Part shown: one piece after another, positions 18,316 through 28,287 of the stretch
Layout: every line of letters begins with the position of its first letter
Numbering within the stretch: the stretch's first letter is position 1
NCBI GenBank assembly: GCA_037146775.1
Contig: JBAWWL010000005.1
Coordinates: forward strand, 102,241-166,240
Direction: 5' to 3'
From: Candidatus Omnitrophota bacterium
GTDB taxonomy: Bacteria > Omnitrophota > Gorgyraeia > Duberdicusellales > 4484-171
DNA length: 64,000 nt
Notes under the pieces: generated by a model
The model's input: only the letters and a program-made list of their open reading frames with translations
Told to the model about the DNA's origin: nothing
The model's database searches: none
Program-made: the position numbers and the translations under genes

Positions 18316-19203
18316 ATGAGTCAGATCATTCTTTCCACACAATTTTCCGACCTTAAATTATTTCGCCGCGGCAAAGTTCGTGACGTGTATGAAGCAGAGG
18401 ACAGCCTCCTTATTGTCTCTACCGACCGTATTTCCGCTTTTGACGTGGTGCTTCCTAATGGAATTCCCGAAAAAGGAAAAGTGTTGAATCAACTTTCGCT
18501 TTTCTGGTTCTATTTCACTCAAGGGATCATTCCCAACCATGTTATTACTTCAGATGTCAGCCAATATCCGGCTTCGCTTCAAAAGTATGCAGATGCATTA
18601 GACGGCCGCTCGATGCTGGTGAAAAAAACCAAACCGATCGCGTTTGAGTGTGTAGTTCGAGGGTATTTGGCAGGTTCAGCGTATAAGGAATATCAGGAAA
18701 AAGGAAGCGTGTGCGGCATGCAGTTACCTTCGGGTTTACGAGATGGAGATAAACTTCCTCAAACCATGTTTACGCCGGCAACAAAAGAAGAGCACGGCCA
18801 CGACATCAATGTTGATGAGGCATTTATGGAAAAAAAACTTGGTGTGGAATTGAGTCGCACCGTGAGGGAGGCAAGTATCCGTATCTATGAAAAAGCAGCA
18901 GCCTATGCTCTTAAGAGAGGTATTATTATTGCTGATACTAAGTTTGAATTCGGCTCTGACAAGAACCAAATTATCTTAATCGATGAAGTATTGACGCCTG
19001 ATTCTTCCCGTTTCTGGCCGAAAGAAACGTATCAGCCTGGCCGTTCCCAGGCCAGTTACGATAAGCAGTTTGTCCGCGATTATCTGGAAAGTATAAGTTG
19101 GGATAAAAATCCTCCTGCACCAACTCTGCCCGAAGAAGTTGTCATAAAAACCGCAGACAAGTATAAAGAAGCTTTACGGTCTTTGGCTGATATCAGTCTG
19201 TAA
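18316..19203 (+). CDS. purC: Phosphoribosylaminoimidazole-succinocarboxamide synthase (SAICAR synthetase), long form
   Basis: 'FRRGKVRDVYEAEDSLLIVSTDRISAFDVVLPNGIPEKGKVLNQLS' is a canonical SAICAR synthetase N-terminus. Confidence 0.9.
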   Translation: MSQIILSTQFSDLKLFRRGKVRDVYEAEDSLLIVSTDRISAFDVVLPNGIPEKGKVLNQLSLFWFYFTQGIIPNHVITSDVSQYPASLQKYADALDGRSMLVKKTKPIAFECVVRGYLAGSAYKEYQEKGSVCGMQLPSGLRDGDKLPQTMFTPATKEEHGHDINVDEAFMEKKLGVELSRTVREASIRIYEKAAAYALKRGIIIADTKFEFGSDKNQIILIDEVLTPDSSRFWPKETYQPGRSQASYDKQFVRDYLESISWDKNPPAPTLPEEVVIKTADKYKEALRSLADISL

Positions 19204-19213
19204 ACAATTTGTT

Positions 19214-20521
19214 ATGCATTCCAAACAGGGCGAACAGTTTAGTCGTGTAGCCGGTAATCTTTCCGGCATGAAGTTCATTTTTCGTTCTCTACGCTACAGG
19301 AACTTCCGCCTTTTTTTTGCCGGCCAACTTGTCTCTCTGATCGGTACGTGGATGCAGACAATTGCGATGAGCTGGTTTGTGTATCAGTTTACCAACTCTA
19401 CGCTTACCCTGGGTATTGTGGCCTTTTGTAGCCAGATACCTTCATTTTTTATTGCCCCCTTCGCCGGCGTTTTTATCGATAGGCTGAATAAACATAAAAT
19501 TCTTGTTATTACCCAGACGCTTTCCATGCTGCAGGCTTTTGCTTTGGCTTTTCTTGTTATCAGCAAGATCTACCTTGTGTGGCCGATCATAGTGTTGAGT
19601 TTATTTCTCGGATTCGTTAACGCCTTTGACATTCCCGGCCGGCAAGCGTTTATCGTCGAAATGGTTGGGAAAAAAGAAGATTTGGGTAATGCCATTGCGC
19701 TCAATTCGCTTATGTTCAATATCGCGCGTTTGCTAGGGCCGTCGATAGCGGGAATTTTGATTACCGTTGTCGGAGAGGGAACATGTTTCCTTATTAACGG
19801 TGTAAGTTTTCTTGCGGTTATCGCCGCGCTTTTAGCGATGAAGAATCTGCATCATAAACGCGAGATAAAACGATCGCATGTATTGGAAGATTTAAAAGAA
19901 GGCTTTCGTTACGCATTTCGTACCTTGCCTATCAGGTTTATCTTGATGCTTCTGGGTATGATCAGCCTGGTGGGAATGTCTTACGCGATTTTAATGCCTG
20001 TCTTCGCAAGGCATATATTAGGCGGAGGCCCGCAAACATTTGGATTTTTGATGGCCTCTATCGGAATAGGCGCTTGCGCCGGGACCGTATATCTTGCTTC
20101 GCGCAAAAATATTGCCGGATTTATAAAAATTATTGCTTACGCCACAGGTATTTTTGGATTGGGGCTGGTATTATTTTCTTTGTCGCGTACGTTGTGGCTG
20201 TCTCTGTTGATTTTATTCGTTACGGGGTTTGCAATGATGGTGCAAATGGCTTCATGTAATACCATTCTGCAGACCATAGTGGAAGACGACAAGCGCGGAA
20301 GAGTAATGAGTTTTTATACCATGTCTTTTATGGGTATGGCTCCTTTCGGCAGCCTTATCGCCGGGATTATGGCCACACATATAGGCGCACCCTTGACCGT
20401 AACTTGTGGCGGATTGGCTTGTTTTGTCGGCGCGCTTATTTTTGCTAAAAGTATCCCCTTATTTAAAAAGCACATTCATTCTCTTTATAAGAAAACAGGT
20501 ATTTTTTCACCCGTAGCATAA
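19214..20521 (+). CDS. MFS transporter (EntS-like family)
   Basis: 12-TM pattern. The N-terminal 'FRSLRYRNFRLFFAGQLVSLIGTWMQ' is typical of the enterobactin-exporter-like MFS subfamily. Confidence 0.75.
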   Translation: MHSKQGEQFSRVAGNLSGMKFIFRSLRYRNFRLFFAGQLVSLIGTWMQTIAMSWFVYQFTNSTLTLGIVAFCSQIPSFFIAPFAGVFIDRLNKHKILVITQTLSMLQAFALAFLVISKIYLVWPIIVLSLFLGFVNAFDIPGRQAFIVEMVGKKEDLGNAIALNSLMFNIARLLGPSIAGILITVVGEGTCFLINGVSFLAVIAALLAMKNLHHKREIKRSHVLEDLKEGFRYAFRTLPIRFILMLLGMISLVGMSYAILMPVFARHILGGGPQTFGFLMASIGIGACAGTVYLASRKNIAGFIKIIAYATGIFGLGLVLFSLSRTLWLSLLILFVTGFAMMVQMASCNTILQTIVEDDKRGRVMSFYTMSFMGMAPFGSLIAGIMATHIGAPLTVTCGGLACFVGALIFAKSIPLFKKHIHSLYKKTGIFSPVA

Positions 20522-20568
20522 ACCCGGCTTTTTGAGTTAACGGCCGCAAAGTACTGTTATTCTTGTTT

Positions 20569-20703
20569 GCCGGATGAAGGTGAAAAAGTATCAATGTATT
20601 CGGCTTCGGAGGAATTTCTCCGTAATCATTAGATTGATGGAGAATCCCTCCCATGATCTGCCGGAGGCAGCGCGGGCGGTAAAATAAGGTGTTTCATTTG
20701 CGG
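20569..20703 (+). ncRNA. Conserved structured intergenic element (copy 2 of 2)
   Basis: Alignable to 7624-7790. It shares the 5' 'GCCGGATGAAGG', the GGAG/CTCC hairpin, 'GATGGAGAA.CCC' and the 3' 'TAAAATAAGGTG.TTCATT' that pairs with the 5' end. It lies about 46 nt upstream of the ZIP transporter gene. Confidence 0.4.
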
Positions 20704-20748
20704 CAAAGCGAAATTAAGATATAATAAGCCTGTTAGGGGATTATTCAT

Positions 20749-21498
20749 ATGATGGTTTGGATATATAGTTTGGTAAGCGTTACGATAGTTAGTTTTATAT
20801 CATTGATTGGAGTTTTTACTCTTTCGCTGCGCCGCGAAAAACTAGATAAAATATTACTTCTTTTGGTAAGTTTTTCCGTTGGTGGGTTATTCGGCGACGC
20901 TTTTATACATCTTCTTCCGGAAACATTTGAAAAAATTGGAGCAAAGCTGGTTGCCTCATCTCTTATTATTTTCGGTATTTTGATTTTTTTTGTATTAGAA
21001 AAAATTGTCCGCTGGCGACATTGTCATACGCCAACGTCCGGCGAACACTTGCATCCGGTAGTCACTTTAAATTTAATCGGTGACGGCGTGCACAACTTAA
21101 TCGATGGCATGATCATCGGTGCTAGTTTTTCAATAAGCATTTCTATCGGGATAGCCACCACATTAGCGGTTATTTTACATGAAATACCTCAGGAAATAGG
21201 CGACTTCGGCGTATTAGTACACGGAGGACTCTCGATCAAAAAAGCGCTTTTTTTTAATTTTATTTCCGCGCTCACCTCGATTGTTGGCGCGGTTATATCG
21301 CTTACGATAGGCTCGTACGTCAAAGGATATACCGTGGCATTGCTTCCGGTAGCTGCCGGTGGTTTTTTGTATATTGCCGGTTCAGACCTTATCCCGGAAC
21401 TGCACGGTTGTGATACCAAGATATCTACTTCCCTTTGGCAATTTCTTTTTATCATTCTCGGTATTTCGACCATGGCTTTACTTACTCTGCTGGGTTAA
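20749..21498 (+). CDS. zupT: ZIP-family divalent metal transporter (ZupT-like)
   Basis: 'GDAFIHLLPE' and 'HNLIDGMIIGASF...HEIPQEIGDFGVL' are ZIP signature helices. Confidence 0.8.
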   Translation: MMVWIYSLVSVTIVSFISLIGVFTLSLRREKLDKILLLLVSFSVGGLFGDAFIHLLPETFEKIGAKLVASSLIIFGILIFFVLEKIVRWRHCHTPTSGEHLHPVVTLNLIGDGVHNLIDGMIIGASFSISISIGIATTLAVILHEIPQEIGDFGVLVHGGLSIKKALFFNFISALTSIVGAVISLTIGSYVKGYTVALLPVAAGGFLYIAGSDLIPELHGCDTKISTSLWQFLFIILGISTMALLTLLG

Positions 21499-21504
21499 CC
21501 GCAC

Positions 21505-22665
21505 ATGAATATTTCTAAACCATCCGCTTTAAAATTTATCATTCTTTTGGGTGTGGTCAGCCTTTTTTCCGATGTCACTTACCAGGGAATGCGCAGTATC
21601 TCCGGGCCGTATTTTGCTATTCTTGGGGCAAGTGCGGCGGCAGTGGGGATAGTCTCCGGTTTCGGCGAACTTATCGGCTATGCCCTGCGTTTAGTTTCCG
21701 GATATATCAGCGACAAAACCAAAAAATATTGGACCATAACTTTTATCGGTTATGCCATTAATCTTTTGGCCGTACCGCTTTTGGCGCTGGCTCATCGCTG
21801 GGAAATTGCTGCCATGCTTATTATTATGGAGCGAACAGGTAAAGCCATACGGGCACCCGCTCGTGACGCAATAATTTCGCATGCCGCAAAACAAGTCGGC
21901 CAAGGCTGGGGTTTCGGCCTGCATAAAGCCATGGATCAGGTTGGCGCACTTTCGGGCCCCTTGATTGTCGCGGCAGTACTTTATGCAAAAGGCGGTTACC
22001 GGGCAGGGTTCTTAACTTTAGCTATTCCGGCATTTTTAGCTTTGGCGGTACTGCTTGTGGCGCGTTTCATATATCCTGAGCCGCGCGACTTTGATCCGGT
22101 CAATATTAAGATAGAAAAAAAAGGTTTGCCAAAAATTTTTTGGATATATCTTGCGGGTACGGCCTGTATTGCGGCGGGCTACGCGGATTTTCCTCTGATC
22201 GCTTATCACTTCAAAAAGACGGCTATAGTGAGCGATAACTGGATTCCTGTTTTTTATTCCGTAGCCATGGCAGCCGGCGCTCTGGCCGCGCTTATTTTCG
22301 GACGCCTTTTTGATAAATTAGGCATAGTAGTGCTTGTTTTGGTCGTTGTTCTTTCTGTATTTTTTGCTCCGCTGGTGTTTTTCGGTGGTTTTAACTTAGC
22401 GCTTTTGGGTATGGTATTCTGGGGTATTGGTATGGCCGCACAAGAATCTATTATGCGCGCGGCCGTAGCAGGCATGGTTTCCCCGGGTAAACGCGGTTCT
22501 GCTTACGGGATATTTAATACCGGCTACGGCATATTCTGGTTTTTAGGCAGCGCGTTAATAGGAATTTTATACGACCATTCAATCCTTTCTCTGGTTATAT
22601 TTTCCGTAGTTATGCAGCTGGTTTCTGTTCCGATTATATTGTTGGCATATAAAAAATCAGAATAA
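21505..22665 (+). CDS. MFS transporter
   Basis: 386 aa with about 12 predicted TM segments and a 2x6 TM repeat organisation. Confidence 0.7.
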   Translation: MNISKPSALKFIILLGVVSLFSDVTYQGMRSISGPYFAILGASAAAVGIVSGFGELIGYALRLVSGYISDKTKKYWTITFIGYAINLLAVPLLALAHRWEIAAMLIIMERTGKAIRAPARDAIISHAAKQVGQGWGFGLHKAMDQVGALSGPLIVAAVLYAKGGYRAGFLTLAIPAFLALAVLLVARFIYPEPRDFDPVNIKIEKKGLPKIFWIYLAGTACIAAGYADFPLIAYHFKKTAIVSDNWIPVFYSVAMAAGALAALIFGRLFDKLGIVVLVLVVVLSVFFAPLVFFGGFNLALLGMVFWGIGMAAQESIMRAAVAGMVSPGKRGSAYGIFNTGYGIFWFLGSALIGILYDHSILSLVIFSVVMQLVSVPIILLAYKKSE

Positions 22666-22832
22666 TTTGCTTCAGAATTAACCGAAAAAAATACCAATAC
22701 ATTTTTTGGGTTAAAATCATAGAAATGGATTGACAATTAATAAATACATAGTATCTTATGAAAGATAATGTTAAAATATTATTTAATCCAAATGTATTTT
22801 TCCGTTTTTAACCAGCGCAGCAGGTAAGAAAA

Positions 22833-23621
22833 ATGAAGATAATTGTGTGCATAAAACAGGTTCCTGATACAACCGAGGTCAAGATAAACCCCGAAACCAA
22901 TACCCTCATCAGAGAAGGGGTGTCTTCTATCATTAATCCCTTTGATATGTATGCTATTGAAGAGGCGGTACGCTTAAAAGAGAAGTTTGCGGCGGAAACG
23001 ACAGTTATTACTATGGGCCCACCCCAGGCTGAAAGCGCTTTGCGTGAAGCTTTGGCTATGGGTATTGACCAGGCAATTTTACTTTCCGACCGCGCCTTTG
23101 CCGGTTCGGATACCTGGGCCACCAGCTTGGTTTTAGCGAAAGCAATAGAAAAGATAGGAAATTTTGATTTGGTAATTTGCGGGAAACAGGCTTCAGATGG
23201 TGATACCGCCCAGGTAGGCCCGGGAATAGCCACTCACATTAATCTTCCCCAGGCAACATACGTGCGTAAAATAGAAAATGTTGACATAGAGCATAAGACT
23301 ATCCGTCTAGAGAGGCTTCTGGAAGATGGCTATGAAATTTTAGAGGTAGTCATGCCGGCGTTATTGACGGTAGTAAAAGAGATAAATGAGCCGCGGTTAC
23401 CATCGCTTCGCGGTAAGATGCGTGCACGCAGCCAAGCTATTGCTACCTGGACGCATAAAGATTTAGGTTTGAGCGAAGAAAAGTTGGGGCTAAAAGGTTC
23501 CCCCACGCAGGTGGTAAAGATATTTACCCCTCCGCCCAGAGAAAAAGGAATGATTCTGGAGGGAGAGCCGGAAGTCGTAGTGGGTAAATTATTAGAAGAA
23601 TTAAAAAAACACCTTATTTAG
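22833..23621 (+). CDS. etfB: Electron transfer flavoprotein beta subunit
   Basis: 'MKIIVCIKQVPDTTEVKINPETNTLIREGVSSIINPFDMYAIEEAVRLKEK' is a highly typical EtfB N-terminus. Confidence 0.9.
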   Translation: MKIIVCIKQVPDTTEVKINPETNTLIREGVSSIINPFDMYAIEEAVRLKEKFAAETTVITMGPPQAESALREALAMGIDQAILLSDRAFAGSDTWATSLVLAKAIEKIGNFDLVICGKQASDGDTAQVGPGIATHINLPQATYVRKIENVDIEHKTIRLERLLEDGYEILEVVMPALLTVVKEINEPRLPSLRGKMRARSQAIATWTHKDLGLSEEKLGLKGSPTQVVKIFTPPPREKGMILEGEPEVVVGKLLEELKKHLI

Positions 23622-23639
23622 TATGTTTATAAATCCGAA

Positions 23640-23762
23640 ACACGAAATCCTAAACACTAAACAAATCAAAAATTCAAAATCCAAAACCAAAAAAGTTTTA
23701 AGTTTGTGATTTCAAGTTTTGTATTTATTTAGGATTTAGAGTTTAGTGTTTAGAGTTTGAGC
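23640..23762. repeat. Heptamer-built palindromic repeat family, copy II
   Basis: Left arm 'aaatcctaaacactaaacaaatcaaaa...' and right arm '...atttaggatttagagtttagtgtttagagtttgag' form an imperfect long inverted repeat. It ends 5 nt before the etfA start. Confidence 0.45.
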
Positions 23763-23766
23763 AAAT

Positions 23767-24966
23767 ATGAGTGACGCAATAAAAATAATAGTTGATAAGT
23801 GCGTGGGCTGCGGTTTGTGTCTAAAGGTTTGCCCTTTTTCTGCTATCACATTGGCCCACAAAAAAGCGGTTATTGATGTAGCAAAATGCAATTTGTGCGG
23901 TGCCTGCAAAGATTCATGTAAATTCTCCGCGATCACCATCTTTAAGCCACAGATCGTAAAAGCCGATTTTTCTTCCTATAAAGATGTCTGGGTATTCGTC
24001 GAGCGGGAACGGGACAAAATCGCCGGCGTATCGTTTGAGTTGCTCGGTAAGGCGCGCGAGCTCGCAAAGGATTTACACTGCAAGGTTGTGGCAGTTTTGT
24101 TGGGCAAGAATGTTAAAGAAAAAGCTCAGATGCTTATACAGAAAGGTGCGGATAAGGTAATTGTGGTAGAGCGTAACGAGCTGGATAATTTCATTTCCGA
24201 AAATTACGCCGGTGTCATTAGCCATCTCGTTGGAAAATATAAACCGGAAATATTTTTGGCCGGAGCGACTACCTGTGGCCGTTCTCTGGTTTCTCGTATC
24301 GCAGTAACTATCTATGCCGGGCTTACTGCCGATTGTACGGGTTTGGATATTGATAAGGAAAAAAGATTGCTTATTCAGACTCGCCCGGCGTTCGGCGGAA
24401 ACATTATGGCTCAAATTATTACTCCCAATCACCGGCCGCAGATGGCAACGGTGCGCCATAAGGTAATGAAAGAAGCTGAAGCCGATACTAAGCGGAAGGG
24501 CGAAGTGATAGAAGAAGTGGTGGATGGCGCAGTCATTAATGCGCGGGTTACGTTCATCGATTTTATTCAGGAAGAAACCGGAAAAGTAAACTTGGCTGAT
24601 GCCGATATTATTGTTTCGGGCGGCAGAGGCTTGGCTGACGCAAAAAATTTCCCCATACTTCAGGAATTAGCGCAAACTCTCGGTGCTGCCGTGGGCGCTT
24701 CGCGTTCGGCTGTGGACAGCGGTTGGATCAACTATTCTCATCAGGTGGGACAAACCGGCAGAACAGTCGCACCAAAAATATATATTGCGTGCGGTATATC
24801 GGGGCAAATCCAACATTTAGTGGGTATGCAGTCGTCAAAAATCATTATAGCTATCAACAAAGATCCCGACGCACCTATTTTTAAAGTAGCGAATTACGGG
24901 ATTGTGGGGGACTTGTTTAAGGTTATCCCGCTGTTAACAAAAAGTCTGAAAGCAGTAAGGAAATAG
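23767..24966 (+). CDS. etfA: Electron transfer flavoprotein alpha subunit with N-terminal 2x[4Fe-4S] ferredoxin domain
   Basis: The N-terminus carries 'CVGCGLCLKVCP' and 'CNLCGACKDSCK' ferredoxin motifs. The remainder is EtfA/FixB-like, with a C-terminal FAD-binding 'SGQIQHLVGM'. Confidence 0.9.
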   Translation: MSDAIKIIVDKCVGCGLCLKVCPFSAITLAHKKAVIDVAKCNLCGACKDSCKFSAITIFKPQIVKADFSSYKDVWVFVERERDKIAGVSFELLGKARELAKDLHCKVVAVLLGKNVKEKAQMLIQKGADKVIVVERNELDNFISENYAGVISHLVGKYKPEIFLAGATTCGRSLVSRIAVTIYAGLTADCTGLDIDKEKRLLIQTRPAFGGNIMAQIITPNHRPQMATVRHKVMKEAEADTKRKGEVIEEVVDGAVINARVTFIDFIQEETGKVNLADADIIVSGGRGLADAKNFPILQELAQTLGAAVGASRSAVDSGWINYSHQVGQTGRTVAPKIYIACGISGQIQHLVGMQSSKIIIAINKDPDAPIFKVANYGIVGDLFKVIPLLTKSLKAVRK

Positions 24967-25000
24967 CACACCAGTAACATTCAAGGCATACGGTATACCC

Positions 25001-28000
25001 ATGTTTTTAAGAGAATTAGAAATTTTCGGTTTCAAATCCTTCCCAGAGAAAACCACCCTCAAATTCGAAGCCGGCATTACGGTTATCGTCGGTCCTAACG
25101 GCTGCGGCAAATCAAACGTGTTAGATGCTTTAAAATGGTCGCTGGGCGAGCAAAGCGCTAAGTCGCTTCGCGGCACAAAAATGGAAGATATTATTTTTAA
25201 CGGCACGGAAAACCACCCTCCCTTAAGTTACGCCGAGGTGACCCTGTCTTTTGATAACCAGGATAATTATCTCCCGATAGAATACAAAGAAGTTGCAGTA
25301 ACGCGCAGGCTCTATCGTTCGGGCGAAAGCGAATACCTGATCAATAAAAATCCCGTACGACTCAAAGACGTCGAGGGCTTATTTATGGGGACCGGCCTCG
25401 GTGAAAGTACCTACTCGTTTATCGAACAGGGTAAAATCGAAGTATTTTTGAGCTATAAGCCGGAAGACAAACGCCTTATATTTGACGAAGCCAGCGGTAT
25501 CGTGAAATATAAAGAAAGCCGCAGGGAAACGCTCAAGAAACTGGAAGAAACTGATGAGAACCTGCTTCGTCTGGAAGATATAATTTCGGAAGTGAAGCGC
25601 CAAATACGCTATCTGGAAAGGCAGGTGGAAAAGACGCGCAAATTTAAAGAATGCCAGGAAAGGCTGATTGAAGTAGAAAAGCAACTGGCGGCTCTTAAGT
25701 TCTCCGATTTGGAAAAAAAGATAAATGTGATCCTGGAAGAGCTCAATACGTTAAAAACCAGGGAGGTTGACAAGGAAAAGAATCTGAAAGAGTATAAAGA
25801 GAAATGGGATGAATTAAATACCGCCCTGAATCAATTGCGTAAGCAGTTACAGGAAGTAAGCTCGCAGGTTTTTTCGCTTAACGCCCAGATAGAAACTTCT
25901 CTTGGCTATATTAAAGTTAGTCAGCAGAGGATACAGGAATTGAATGAGCGCAATCAAACGATAGAACAGAATAAACAAGCGTATGGCCAGCGGCTCATCC
26001 TGCAGGACAAGCGGCTTGAGGAAGAACGAACAAAACTTGCCTCTATTGCAACCGAATTGACTGCGCTTGTTGCTCATATCGAAGTATTGCGGCAGGAGAA
26101 TGTTCTTATAGAGAAAGATACGTCCGAGGTGCATAAGAAAATCGGCACAGAAAAGATGCGTCTTCTGGAGCTGGAAGAGCGCGGGGTGCAGCTGCGCAAC
26201 AGCTTGGTGGAAATACAAACAAACACGTCTTCGTTCACTAATCGGAAAAAGCGGCTGCTTTTGGATAAAGCAAAGATAGAGGGATTTTCTGCCGAAAAAA
26301 AAGAGATTTTAGGCCGCCTGCAAAAAAACCTCAGCGAATTTACTGTGCAGCTCGCGGCGCTCAAAGATAAGAGAAACGTATTACTTTCGAAAGAGCAGGA
26401 ACTTATTGCCTTACGCGAACAGTTACAGCAGGAATTAATTAAGAAAGAAAAGGAGCAGGTTGAGCTGAACTCGTATTACGAATTCTTGCGCGATTTACGT
26501 ACCAAGTATGATACGTTTTCCGCTAAGAGGACCGTGACGGTCGTCTTCAACGAAGAACCAAAAAACATCAATAAGCTGATTGTTTCCTTGAAGGGTGTAA
26601 CATTCGAGCAGGAAAGCGGCACGTTCAAGGCGGTCATAGAAGCAAAAGTGATATCGTTTGAAGAAGAACAGTTGCAAGAAAAGCTGAATATTATCCAGAG
26701 GGATATAGAAGATATAAAACGCCGCTTGGTCGAGGTTGAGCAGCAGAAAAAGCAAGTAAGCGAAGAGACGTCTGCCGGAAGCACACAGCTCGAGGAACAG
26801 GAACGGTTGTGGCAGAGAACTTCTCAGGAAAAAGAAAACATAGAACGAGAATGCCTGCGTTTTAGCGAAGAATTTGAGTTGGTGGAGAAGGAACTCACCG
26901 CTAACCGTCAGGATCTAGAAAATTATGAAAGGAAACAGAAAGATTTAGAAGGCGAAATAGCGGGCTCGGAAGAACAGTTGCAGAGTGCAAAGTCTAATGT
27001 CGATGGTTTGCAGGAACAAATGAGCAAAAACACTGCCAGGACTAACGAGCTTGACGTAGAAATTGCCAAAAGCGAAACACATAAACAGTCTCTCTATCGA
27101 GAGAAAGAGAGCTTAGATTCAAAAATTTTACTGCTTGCCGAGGAAAAAGGTAATATTGAGAAAGCCCTTAAAGATATCGCAACAGAGAAAGAAGGGAATC
27201 TCACCCGCGTGCGTACGCTTGAGGAAGAAGCTCGTAGCCTAGAGAACTCCATCGCCCAAGATAAAGAACGTATCCAACAACATCTTGGGCAGAAGGAGTC
27301 GTGCGAAAGAGAAGAGGCCGCGTTCATCCAGCGCATCGAAGAAGACAGGAAGGGGCTTGAGGCGATAGAAAAAGAATTAGAAGAAGTGAAGTCTTCAGTT
27401 TATAACAAGAAACTTGAGATCCAGGGGCTTGATTACGAGAAAGAGAAAATTAAGGACTATCTTATGCAGGTCTATCATATTACGTTTGATGCGGCGGCTG
27501 TGCAGCCAACCCCGGATTCTCAGGCACAGTCGCTTGAACAGTTAGCACAAGACAAAGAAAGCCTAAAGAAAAAAATAGACACACTTGGGGAAGTCAATCT
27601 TGTTGCTATTGAAGAGTTTGATGAGCTGAAAAAGCGGGAAGAATTTTTGGAAAAACAAAAAAATGATCTTGTTACCTCAAAAGAAGATCTCAAAAAAGCG
27701 ATTCAAAAGATCAATAAAATTTCGCGCGAGCTTTTTTTGGAGACTTTTGCGAAAGTGGAAGAAGAGTTCAAAAAGAATTTCCGGTTTCTTTTTAACGGCG
27801 GCCGAGCGCAGTTGATGTTGATTGATCAGGAAAACGTCTTGGAATCGGGCGTTGAAATCGAAGTGCAGCCGCCGGGTAAAAAACTGCAAAATGTCACTCT
27901 TCTTTCCGGAGGAGAAAAGGCCCTCACCACCATTGCCCTGATTTTTGCGATTTTTAGAGTGCGCCCTTCGCCTATTTGCGTACTTGACGAAATCGATGCT

Positions 28001-28231
28001 CCGCTGGATGAAGCCAACGTCGATAGGTTTAATCATATCCTGAAAGAATTTTCCGCACACTCCCAATTTATCGTTATTACCCACAACAAGAAAACCATGA
28101 GCAGGGCCGATGTGCTCTATGGCGTGACGATGCAAGAGAAGGGCGTATCAAAGCTGGTCTCCGTTAAATTTGGCGAAAACGAAAAAAAACCTCTGCCCGC
28201 ACAAACCGAACCGACGCCAACCAACCAATAG
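25001..28231 (+). CDS. smc: Chromosome segregation protein SMC
   Basis: N-terminal Walker A 'GPNGCGKSNVLDAL', long coiled coils, a C-terminal signature 'LSGGEKALTTIALIFAIF' and Walker B 'VLDEIDAPLD'. Confidence 0.85.
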   Translation: MFLRELEIFGFKSFPEKTTLKFEAGITVIVGPNGCGKSNVLDALKWSLGEQSAKSLRGTKMEDIIFNGTENHPPLSYAEVTLSFDNQDNYLPIEYKEVAVTRRLYRSGESEYLINKNPVRLKDVEGLFMGTGLGESTYSFIEQGKIEVFLSYKPEDKRLIFDEASGIVKYKESRRETLKKLEETDENLLRLEDIISEVKRQIRYLERQVEKTRKFKECQERLIEVEKQLAALKFSDLEKKINVILEELNTLKTREVDKEKNLKEYKEKWDELNTALNQLRKQLQEVSSQVFSLNAQIETSLGYIKVSQQRIQELNERNQTIEQNKQAYGQRLILQDKRLEEERTKLASIATELTALVAHIEVLRQENVLIEKDTSEVHKKIGTEKMRLLELEERGVQLRNSLVEIQTNTSSFTNRKKRLLLDKAKIEGFSAEKKEILGRLQKNLSEFTVQLAALKDKRNVLLSKEQELIALREQLQQELIKKEKEQVELNSYYEFLRDLRTKYDTFSAKRTVTVVFNEEPKNINKLIVSLKGVTFEQESGTFKAVIEAKVISFEEEQLQEKLNIIQRDIEDIKRRLVEVEQQKKQVSEETSAGSTQLEEQERLWQRTSQEKENIERECLRFSEEFELVEKELTANRQDLENYERKQKDLEGEIAGSEEQLQSAKSNVDGLQEQMSKNTARTNELDVEIAKSETHKQSLYREKESLDSKILLLAEEKGNIEKALKDIATEKEGNLTRVRTLEEEARSLENSIAQDKERIQQHLGQKESCEREEAAFIQRIEEDRKGLEAIEKELEEVKSSVYNKKLEIQGLDYEKEKIKDYLMQVYHITFDAAAVQPTPDSQAQSLEQLAQDKESLKKKIDTLGEVNLVAIEEFDELKKREEFLEKQKNDLVTSKEDLKKAIQKINKISRELFLETFAKVEEEFKKNFRFLFNGGRAQLMLIDQENVLESGVEIEVQPPGKKLQNVTLLSGGEKALTTIALIFAIFRVRPSPICVLDEIDAPLDEANVDRFNHILKEFSAHSQFIVITHNKKTMSRADVLYGVTMQEKGVSKLVSVKFGENEKKPLPAQTEPTPTNQ

Positions 28232-28287
28232 TTGTGGTGATACAGCGTATTTTTCCGCACAGAGAATATTTCTTAATTCCCTAAAAT

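Noticed and set aside
25379-28135. Multiple minus-strand ORFs (60-150 aa) inside smc
   Set aside because: They are antisense to a highly confident SMC gene. Low-complexity coiled-coil codons create long shadow frames.
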